DNA of 61,190 nt, filler included, from Sphacelaria rigidula (lineage: Eukaryota), in assembly GCA_964200075.2 (NCBI GenBank). It is 9 parts of 9 records of this genome, joined end to end, with 100 filler letters (N's around TTAATTAATTAA, not from the genome) between each part and the next. Parts side by side here need not be neighbours in the genome. Positions count along the whole stretch, not along the records: positions 47,673 to 54,381 come from CAXNAA020018478.1; positions 54,482 to 61,190 come from CAXNAA020018479.1; 7 more parts are not named here. The stretch is one strand, 5' to 3'. Positions 51,150 to 61,190 of this stretch are shown piece by piece. Every line of letters begins with the position of its first letter. Within the stretch, counting starts at the first letter, position 1. The notes under the pieces are model-generated. The model searched no databases. It was not told the origin of the DNA and worked only from the letters and a program-made list of their open reading frames with translations. A program made the position numbers and the translations under genes.

Positions 51150-54100
51150 ATGGATGATGAATGCCTCGCTTTCCTTGTCAGGGTGTATTGACTTTGGGCT
51201 GGACGTGACCATGGTGAAGGTGCGCGGGGTTCTTTTTTATTCCGCTATGAACTCTGAAGAGGAACAACGGTGTTCAGAGTGAAGTGGTGCAAACGGCCCT
51301 CCCACTCTGGAAAAATCGCTCTGAAAAATACTTCATAGCGGAGGGCACCTTTATCGGCTATTTTTCCTCCCACTCTGACTCTAAGATTTGAAAAAGCGTT
51401 TCCCGAAACCCTCTATTGTTAATCTTGTGATTTCACTCATGGTAAATGTAAGATCCAGGATACTATAACGAGACTATCGGAGGAAAATGTGGCGGACAAA
51501 CCGATGGAAAACGGTACTGGTGATTTCTAGGAATGGTACTGTAGAACGACGGTTCGGATCGATTCTCGGAATGTTCTTGAAAGTGTTCGTTGTTCTCACT
51601 TTTCGAATGATCCGGAAACAACGGGGAGGTATCTTGTGGTATACGGTACGTTTCTACGGGATGAAACAGAAGATATTCGCCATAGCTCGAGAAGGGTTCT
51701 CGATGATGATGCACCTCCGCATCTCTCGCCCCACCGTGTTCAGTGTGTGTGTGTGTGTGTGTGTGTGTGCTTTCCTACCCATGTGCGGTTTGATATGAAT
51801 GAGATAATAAAATACAACTGTACACTTTTGCTTCTGTAACTTCATCTTCGGCAGCGGACGCTGTGGGAGATTGCCTTTTACGTTTTTGGTTGAGCAGTGA
51901 GTGATCAGGCCTTATAACTCTAGACTCTACCGAACATCTTTTGATGAAGGTGGGAGAGGGCAGGATGAAAATGGAACTGTGCATGGTAGAAAAGGGGTTA
52001 CACGGCGAAAAGAGATGCATGGTGGTGGTGCTTACCGTAGGCGGTGGTTCAGTGATCGGCTACGCTCCTGGTGGCCGTAGGCCGGGTACCCTGTCGAGTT
52101 GGGTTTTTTTTTTTCTTGTGGGGTTGAGGGTCGATTTTGCTTGGTGGGGTCACGAAGTTCCCTTCGGGAGGGGGGGGGGACAGGTAGTGTTCCGCGGTAC
52201 TTTCCGAGGATCGGAGTTGTCGTTTCTCGAGGCAAACGCCTCTTTTTCTTGGAACAAGAGCCGTTGGAAAGTAGACAAGAGCTCAGCACGGGTGTCGTAG
52301 AAGCAGATTTGACAACATATCAAGCCTTTGTCATTATGCCGCCGCTGACAGGTCAACGAGGGGCTTCGAGGTAGTGGGGGGCTCTGCATTCGTAGCAGGG
52401 GTGAAAACTGTTCTCGTCCGCTTTGGCTAGGGTCTCAAGGCAGTTGCGGTCGTCGGCGTGAGTATTTACCCTGGAATCACCGCCGGTGGAGTCGATCATG
52501 CGGTGGTACGAAGTGATGACACCGATGTCCACGCCACACGCAAGGTAGAGGAAGGGGACCTGTTTCTTGGCGCCCTTCTTCACTGGCCTTGTTCCCTGGG
52601 ATACGGAAACATGGGTGGTGCACACGGAGCACCTGTTGCACACGTGGACAAATAGCACCCTGCAGGACGTGCTGCACAAGTGTAATGTGATAGGGACTGA
52701 CGGGTACGATACGTGTATATCTTTGGCGAATATGCGACCTTTATTCAGGCTGGAAGTTCGTATTGGTCTCTGTCGTTTTGATAAGAGGCTGGCAAGTACG
52801 TAGTGGTCGCTGTTTGATGTATGGTGTGGAATTGAGAGTTGAAGAGCATCTAATTTTCTGAGCTACGACTTGAGTCAAGACTGTCTTGAGGTCGAATAGC
52901 AGTTGTTTTGACAGGAGACCGCATTGTCCGACTTTTTCTGCCGGAGTAGTGCATGGAGCTAATCAATCATATCTTCGAGGGTTGACACATCCGGCTACAT
53001 ATCCGTGTGCTGCTTGCTTCGGGCGGTCAAGTCACCAGGGAATAACTCGTGAGTCAAGCGCCCTTGTTGTATTCTTTGCCGAATTACTCTAGACTACATG
53101 CGGCATTTTAAGGAGGAGAGTTGATTTAGACAGCTCCGAGACACGCAACTCATCTGCTCGCATGAGATAAGGCAAAGGATCCTGGGACACGAATAATCAC
53201 ACTGGCTGCCAATGCGTATCTTGAGTCACAATCTCATTATCATGACAATATGGGGCTTCTTCGCTGGGCCTTTTCTCTGTATTGCTTGTTCGGGTTGCTG
53301 TTGTTTCTGACGCTGTCAACTAGCGTGAAGCCAGTACGTTTTTTCCATTACAGTTGTTCGCTGGCGCAGTTATGTCTTTGTAGCGGCCGACAAATGCCGA
53401 GATAGCCCCCCCACAAAAAGTGCACCGGTACCATCCAACGAACCGGCTGCGATCCCACTATTGGGATCGTTTGCAGCAATTTCGCCCACACGAGAGGCGC
53501 GTACCAGTCCGAAATCAGCTATAACGCCCAAATCAGTCGCGTCGTGCAGCACGAAACCAGCTTTAACGGCAGTTATTATGGTCATCGCCTTCGTGCACGT
53601 TTTCGGCCGGTTTTTTGGGGGGGCTATCTCGGCAGCAGTCTTACACCAGTTTTTTGCGTACGGTTACCCGCCATGATTATTGGAGGAAGTAACGTGACGG
53701 TACGACCGGCTGTGGTTTTTACTCCAGTTTGTGTTCGAGCCAGTCTCGTTTTGGTCCGAACGGACAAATATCGTGAGGGTTGGACTGCGTTGGTCCTCCC
53801 TGTCCCGTGTATTTATTGTGTGTTCAGAAATGTGTTGGGCGATCCGCCTCGGAACTACGTAGTAGCCCCGGAGGTTGTGTATTGGCTCAATTACGTTTTT
53901 TTTTATGTGTACGGATACCCGACCTCATAAACCGGCCGGTTGTTATTGTGTCTCGTCGTGTGAGCAAAAGAAAAAGAATTGCTGTACGACTGGATCATCA
54001 CCCAGACGTCCCTAGCAAGATGTTGCTCTCACAAACATGTACCGACCATTAACTCACGTCAACCGAGTTGACTTGTCCGTATCATGCATATTTTGTTTTT

Positions 54101-54370
54101 TTCAGCGTATGGTTTTCGCGGGAACCACGTTTTCCGCGACGAAATCGGTTGTACGTTGTTGGATTTTGCTGATTGACTGGGACGAGTGATGAGCATGATA
54201 TTGGTTATCGGTGAAATGTTCTGGCGGGCTTGCTTGATTTTCTACCAATGAACTGAAACAAATCGGACATCCGGAAAAGAATGAACTAATGTATTCATGT
54301 TAAACAACAAATTGTGCGAATTGAGGTTCAACTTCGAGATGAGGTTCAAGCCTGAAACAGTGCTTTCCCC
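51150..54370 (-). mobile_element. Decayed Mutator (MULE)-like DNA transposon end
   Basis: Terminus GAAACAGTGCTTTCCCC (to 54370) recurs inverted at 56130 on another contig. Frameshifted motifs DHS..N.HFQ, C.PH, F..LESEW..KYFSE..W and VHSGIK at 51150-51720 resemble MULE transposase. Confidence 0.5.
53389..53640. mobile_element. 252-bp MITE with GAC...GTC termini
   Basis: TGCCGAGATAGCCCCCC / GGGGGGCTATCTCGGCA inverted repeat. Confidence 0.75.
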
Positions 54371-56198
54371 ACACTTTCAGCNNNNNNNNNNNNNNNNNNN
54401 NNNNNNNNNNNNNNNNNNNNNNNNNTTAATTAATTAANNNNNNNNNNNNNNNNNNNNNNNNNNNNNNNNNNNNNNNNNNNNTTGATTCTCATTTCAAAAT
54501 ACCTTCTCATTTTTCTGGCAACCCTGTTTACAGTCGATAGTGTGTGCTGCAGACCGATATCAAAGTGTACCAGCTGAGAGGATGACCGATACGCGCGCCG
54601 CAACAGAGGTTGGTTGTTTGGCTGGGTGGAGGCGCTTCACAGGCAATCGAGGAAAGCGTGGAAGCTGATAATACCAACACATCCGATGCGGAGTGAGCTT
54701 GTTTGGGTGTCGGTAGCAGCAGAACAAGCAAGCACTGAAGGGAACATGTACTGATGGTACACCAGTGTAGGAAAATACGGATACATGCGCAGCCTACGCC
54801 GCACGAACATTAGATTACAGGCAGTGCTGTGATACGAAATGGCAATGTGACATGAACGTATGTGCTATGAGGAACTGCGGCTTCCCCGTCCCCCCGTCAG
54901 GTATGAAACAAGGAAGACAGAGTTTTCGGGAGTGCATGTAACGCCCACGGGGGAACACAGAGTTTCTCGTGTATGAAATCTCCGTTTACCTACCTGCAAA
55001 CAGTTTCATGCCCGTTGCTCTCTAACAAGGACGGTAAATAGTCGATTTGTGTTCCGTACTGTACTGATTGGCGAATACCGATACCGGCAAAGTTTGGTTG
55101 TGCTGTTCGACAGTATCTTCGAACGGTTGACCGGACCCAAAGCGGACACTTTCCCTCAGGTAAGAAGAGCCATTTCAATGATCTGGACGTAGATTAGAAA
55201 ACCGAACTATTTTGTTGTTATACAGTAGCTGTTCCGAATTTCGGCACATAATAGCATCACATGTTGTTACCGTGTGTGACCTCTCGGCATACGCTCTGCA
55301 GACGGAAGTCAGTAGAGTAGAGCAACGAAAGCTCTAGATTGCAGCTGACGCACCCCCCCGCACCATGCTAGCGACAGTGAGGTCACCACCATAGGTATCT
55401 CTCCTCGCTCCGCGTGTCAAGAAGGTCTCCACAAGTTTTTTTATCTCTCTCTCACACATCCCCCAACTGGCCTGTGGCAGGCTCTTGTGGTCGGACGCCA
55501 TGATGGTCAGATATGTCAGGGTAAAATCAACGATGAATAACAGCCCCCCAAGGTCAAATTGGATCATCTGTTATTTTTGCCCCAGCGCACCTTCCTTGCT
55601 GGTATCTTTGTGACAGAGAACAGTAGTAGCGGTGACGGGAACATCGCCCTGCTTTTCGGCACACATAAGCGCGTCCTGTCCAAAAAGAGAGGCAGAGAGA
55701 AATCGATATTCGCATTGGTGACCTCCAGAGACAAAGAGACGAAATCTCTCCCCAGCTCGATGTTCTTTGGGGATACCTACCGGCATATGAGAAATTCGGT
55801 ACGTGCTGGTAACATGCATGATGCCAGTCTCTCGAGCGATTAGTAATCGCCCAGCGAGAGCAAACAAAGGACACGGGCTAGGACCTTCCTCTCTGTCCTT
55901 GCTTCTCTCTCTGGTGATACCGTCATCGACACGCGTGTACACCGCAGTCGTTCGGTGCATTTAGCCACAACTGATGACTCACAGTTGCAGAGTTTGGGGG
56001 GGAAAGATGGTTTCGCTCTGTGTTACTGTTTCGCGTCATCCTTACAAAAACGATGTGCCACTTGAATCTCATTTTTGAGATGGGCCCCATTTTTCAGGAT
56101 CCGCTGTTATATGTCATGACTTTAGGTCAGGGAAAGCACTGTTTCTGAGCTGCACCTCATATTTTTGTTCAACCCTATTTTTGAGAACCCGCTGTTAC

Positions 56199-56683
56199 GG
56201 CCGGGTGATATTGCAAACAGACTTTCGGCCCACGGATTGTTCACTTTTGGGACGTTTGACCCACCTTTCGACCCCCAAACAGGGAAAACCGCCAACACTT
56301 TGTGTTCGCCCCACAGAGAGGAGCCTAGTCTGCTTTTCAGATTCGCTTGGCTCCTAGGTTTCGAGATTGGCCGCTGAACAAAAGTTCGTGCGCAAAAATC
56401 TGTGCTTGCCGACCCCCGCCAGTTTGGGCAGAGAGGAAGGAGCCTAGTGTGCTTTTCAGATTCGCTTGGCTCCTAGGTTTCGAGTTTTTGTTTAGCGGCC
56501 AATCTCGAAACCTAGGAGCCAAGCGAATCTGAAAAGCACTCTAGGCTCCTCTCTGTGGGGTGATGCAAAGTGTTCGAGACGGGTGTTGGCGGTTTTCCCT
56601 GTTTGGGGGTCAAAAAGGTGGGTCAAACGTCCCAAAAGTGAACAATCCGTGGGCCAAAAATATGTTTGCAATAACATCCGGCC
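56199..56683. mobile_element. Foldback element with about 190-bp TIRs
   Basis: 56199-56390 is the reverse complement of about 56480-56683, with an extra internal direct copy at 56430-56483. Related sequence at about 12560-12665. Confidence 0.88.
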
Positions 56684-57109
56684 TGACTTCGATTTCACGG
56701 TCGACGAGGGAAAGGAACAGCCAAAACCCCTCTCACGATAAAAAAGTAAGGCAAGCACCGCTGGAGAGAGGTGCAGAACTAGAACAAAAGCAACAAAAGG
56801 AAAAAACTCCTGCTGTGTTGGCTTCGTTCTTGTGTTACCCCTGCTGATGCATGCGCCCACATATACCGAAACGTGTGGACTGGCGTTCAGTGTATTATAT
56901 GGGATGACAGACAACACACAACGCAACACACACTTCGTGCCTACAGGAAAACCTTGTTTTCATTTTCCAAGATTCCGTGTTCATGCGTGTCGTGCTTCCA
57001 GGAAACAAAATAGTCAGTGCACCCCTCCCCCCCTGTCCCCAGTTAGATCATGTTTGTGCGGGGTGGAGAACCTCAACTCCTCGCAAAGGGGGTGGTCATA
57101 TATACTGTA

Positions 57110-57575
57110 CAGCCCGGTGACACGGGATTTTACAAATTGGGGATGGATATTTTATCGGGGATGAAAACCCGGAGAATTGAAATCTTCGCATCCACACCAA
57201 ATCTTCAAAGCATGCTGCCATTTGTTCACTTAATGGTAGCTATTGACAACTACTACACGCCACACAAATTTGTATTTCGATAACCAAAATATCGGTGTCC
57301 TGGGTGAAAAACCAATTTTTCGGGATTATAGGTGTCCGACTGGACACCAAAATTGGTTTTCCATCTAGGACCCCGATATTTCGGTTACCAAAATTGGTTT
57401 TTCACCTAGGACCCCGATATTTCGGCTATCGAAATCCAAATTTGTATGGCGTGTTGTAGTCAATCGCTATCAGCAAGCAAAGAAATGGAAGAATACTTCG
57501 AAGATTTGGTGTGGATACGAAGATTTGATTTCTCAGGGTTTGCATCCCCAATTTGTGCAATCCCGTTACGGTGTT
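57110..57575. mobile_element. Second foldback element with about 200-bp TIRs
   Basis: GGGATTTTACAAATTGGGGATG / CATCCCCAATTTGTGCAATCCC; 39-bp tandem duplication at about 57348-57425; related fragment at 49430-49700. Confidence 0.85.
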
Positions 57576-57919
57576 TCGATAGTGAGAGATACCCATGAGA
57601 CAGTGTAATAACTCATGGCTGTCTCTTGAAGTAGCGATACCAAAAAAATCACTCGAGGTTGTCATCAATACGCGAAATTATTAGTACTCGTATGCTTCGG
57701 GTGAAACAATCTCCTTAGCAGGATGCAGCACACCCTTTCCTTCATGCGCCCCCGGCTTTGCAGGGATGAGATGTCAATGGTCTCATGACCACGGCATACA
57801 AGATCATGAGTACCCCCTTACCCCGCGACCTCGATGTGTATCCCTTCCTTTATAGGACAGGGGGTAGGTTCCCCCCCCCCCCGCGCACCTGCAAACCCCC
57901 TCGATACTCCTAGACTGTT

Positions 57920-58173
57920 GACACTTTCTCGATAGCCCCTCCCCAAAAAACGTGCATGGTTTGGGAAGCGAAATCTTCACGTAAATCAGAATGGGAAAAG
58001 CCGAGCACAACGAGCAGCTGGGCATTCCCACGCTTGGGTTAGTTCTAGCCAATGTCACCAATATGAGGCGCTTCAGGCAGCCTGAACCCAAACATCAGGC
58101 GCTGTACAGTATGGTCATTTTTCTCGTGACACTTTTGAGCTGGTTTCGGGGGGTGGCAATCATACAAAGTGTC
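57920..58173. mobile_element. 254-bp MITE with GACACTTT...AAAGTGTC termini and 4-bp TSD TGTT
   Basis: TGTT on both flanks (57916-57919 and 58174-58177). Other copies at 995-1145, 27243-27312, 47524-47572 and 59976-60243. Confidence 0.82.
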
Positions 58174-60894
58174 TGTTACGAATATACTGTTCCGAGAGAA
58201 GGTTGGCTGGTCAAAGTATTGTTCAGTTGATCCTTCGAGCGCTGGCAGGAAGAACACCGTGATATTGCAGGATTTTTCCATGTGAATGTGATGCAGATTC
58301 AACACATGGAACCACCTCCTTAACGGAAAGGGGGCGCCTTCGTTGAATCGCGATAATTTTCCCTTGACCAATCGATGTCGCCCTCCGGGGTCCATTTGTG
58401 GGCGTGAGAATGGTTACCCCTTCGACCAGGGTTGGTCATCTCGGTCTCACCGTCATCTTCACTCACCGCCAGGATGGTTCATCGGTTAAATCACAACATT
58501 TCCCGGCTAAAATCTACCGATTGACTGCAGGATCGTGTGCCGCTTGTCCGATGTTTAATGCAGTCACGAGCAGCAGCGGGCAGTTGACCAAATCAAAAAC
58601 AGCAACAACGGCAATGACACCGGTAGTACGACTAGTACATTGGGACATTCACGTGGCTGGCACACTTGTACGAAGATTTTAGGACACACGGCAGGCACAG
58701 CAAGCAGAACACTGATGCACGAGTGGGGAAAACATGAACCTCCACCTGTCTTCTTCCTCAACCATGACAAAATGCTAACCGTCCACCTCTTGGCCGAAGT
58801 GTCAACTTTTGTGCGCAATTAGTAAGAATCAACGAACTACACATTCATTTCGTATCAGTTTCATAACATCAAAGAGTCACCATGTCAACTCAGGGTCATG
58901 AAAAATCAAAACAAGAAAGGAAACAGAAGCATGTCCATGTAGCGTCCGTCTACGGTCTACAAACACCATATTTCGAACATTTGCGAGACTGTAAGAAGGG
59001 AACAAACCCCATTCAATACAAGGCCAACTGGGTCACGGGGGATGCACAACGCACGCATACTCCCATTAGTACCTAGCACCTCTCCTGTCCAAAACGAATA
59101 CGAGATACATTTGCAACTCTCAATCGACCATCGAAACCCGACGCTTTGGAGAAGAAAATACAACAGGCAAGGGAAATAACAGGGATTCACCACTACTTAT
59201 ATCTCAAGAGATACAAAAATATTTCTTGTCTGACACACGCGACCGCTGGTGTATACCCTCGGCGATCTATTATTATAGCTCACTACTCCTGCCCCCGTAA
59301 AAATATAACTCCAGGAGTAGTAGGAACAAAACATGTGACTTCGTCTACACGTGAAAGAAATAAAAACAAATACCGTATCAACCACATGCATGTTCAACAA
59401 CAAGGCGCCAACAGGACGCTAGGAGGAGTTCCGCACTGGGTTGCGCTATGACGGTAACTTTCAACCAAGAACAAGGTGAGATCGACAATGCTAAGACCCT
59501 CTCTCGCCGTACTTTCAAATTTGCGACTCCGCAGGAGACATCTCCTACCGCCGCAGGTGTCTCAGTTAGAGCTCACCAGCGAGGTGAAGATGACATGTCA
59601 AACTTCCCCATACCGTAGTACCCACGGCACACTCGGTTATCGGCCAACACGGCAGCCGAGCACGCGATCAAATAAAAGGTCCGCAGAGCGCACAGCAAGA
59701 AGCAAGTACAACAAGAGGGTCGGTCGTTACAGTCCCCCGAAAGTGAGATCCACTACAACTCCTCCTGGAAACATGCGCACGTCACAAAACGACGACTAAA
59801 CAAGCCGCACGTGTAGAAAACATTTCGGAAACATCAACGACAGAGGAGTTATTTTGAAAGGGCGCTTCGCCACCATCGACACTGCACCACCTACGGCTAC
59901 AAACACAGCGCCTCCAGCGCGCAGCTACAGCGTGCAAATGACACTCCTGCAACAGAAATTGGGCAACACACTTCAAACACTTGCTACGATAGCCCACCCA
60001 CCCCCATAAAAAATGTGGCTGGTTTGGCGAGGAAAAATTTACACGTATATCGAAATGAAGAAAGCCGAGCACAACGAGCAGCTGGGGATTCCGACGCTTG
60101 AGTTCATTTTCACCAATGTCGCCTATATGAGGCGCTTTATGCAGCCTGAAACCAAACACCAGGTGCTGTATGACCAATTTTTTCGCGAGAGGTTTCGGCT
60201 GCATTTTTTTTGGGTGGTAGGGGAGACTATTGTAGAACGTATCATCATATTTTCTCTGCCAGTACAAGCGGCATTGCAGGTATTTTGAAGAGCGCGAACG
60301 ACCTTTCAACCGCCGTATGATGAAAGACCCACAATTTCGATCTCCGATGTCTCAAGGGTCACATCGGTCCCGTACAACACGGTAGCGTTGACGAACTCTG
60401 CCGCAACCGAACACCCCGAGAATTCGCTCCAAAAACTGAGATGACACCGGTAACTCGTGCGTCACAACTCAGGGATTCGACACTAGCCATATCTCTTTCG
60501 CAGCCCACACACACAACACGCCCGCGTACACACATGCAACATTAATCGCTACATTCGGTCACCTCTTGTTGAGAGAGAGAAAATATCTGCCATAGCCGCC
60601 GGTGGCAAGGTTTCAGATTGCTCCTGGACAGAATCACTCTCTCCGTCAGCATCGGGTCCCTCTGAGGGGATATCTGGTGAATGCTCTAATAGCTTTCCCA
60701 GCCACAGCAATTCTTCCTGGGAGGCAAGTACAAACAGGCATCATGGGTTATCCGGGCCAGCGTACGAGGGGTAAGCGTCTGAAAGTTCATACATACGGAA
60801 GGGGGGGGGGGGGGGGGGGGTCTTCTTTTTTTTTTTGTTTCCGTGTGTGGGGCGAAGAGCCAGACCCCCCCTTGGGGGGGCGCNNNNNNNNNNG

Positions 60895-61190
60895 AGGGGG
60901 AGGGAGTGGGTGAGGGTGGGGTGGGGGGGGGGGGGGTGGGCGTACTCATTCGTTGCTTGCCTTGGTCGTTTGACCATTGACCACGCATCCCTTTCGAGAC
61001 GGAGCACCGTTCCTACTCCTAATTAGAGACCCCTTCAACATTCCAGCGCTCATTACGTTTCTTTCATATATTACACAAAAACCTCGAACATATCTTATCC
61101 CCGTCCTGTTTCGCCGTCTGTGGCCACCATCTATCTCCTAGTATAGCCATCGTTTTCTCGCCACTGTCCAATGCATCAAACGATTTCATG
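60895..61190 (-). mobile_element. LINE 3' end with C-rich tail
   Basis: 61090-61190 is the reverse complement of about 40658-40760. The sense strand ends GAGTACGCCCACCCCCC... Confidence 0.85.

Noticed and set aside
54300..56190. Pairing the 54370 and 56130 termini as one element
   Set aside because: They face outward and lie on different contigs.
57991..58230. ORF MGKAEHNEQLGIPTL... (also 60013-60288)
   Set aside because: Interior of a multicopy MITE bounded by TIRs.

Overview
Eukaryotic, repeat-rich DNA, most likely a brown alga (Phaeophyceae); this is inferred from the long GT-AG introns, a heterokont-type bipartite plastid-targeting exon and the repeat families. The window is not one locus. 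It is nine unrelated contigs of 6711, 6711, 6710, 6710, 6710, 6710, 6710, 6709 and 6709 bp, joined by artificial 100-bp N44-TTAATTAATTAA-N44 spacers, so nothing can be inferred across the spacers. Host gene fragments: an RCC1/BTB-like exon; a Zn(II)2Cys6 cluster exon that the ORF track misses; three in-frame exons of a Raf/TKL-like kinase with DFG changed to GFG; the first exon of a plastid-targeted protein; and three phase-compatible exons of an unknown protein. The rest is largely decayed mobile DNA: a chromodomain Gypsy nested in a LINE, a second Gypsy 5' remnant, an internally deleted Copia, LINE fragments, tRNA-derived SINEs, a MULE-like remnant, several MITE/foldback families and tandem arrays. 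The most unusual signals are a shared non-tRNA motif (ATATCnATAT) at the primer-binding position of two different Gypsy elements, LINE copies ending in C-rich rather than A-rich tails, an 80-bp near-perfect hairpin, a 41-bp palindromic satellite with a 196-bp higher-order period, and coding-like cargo inside repeats. I could not support an intact novel multi-gene system.
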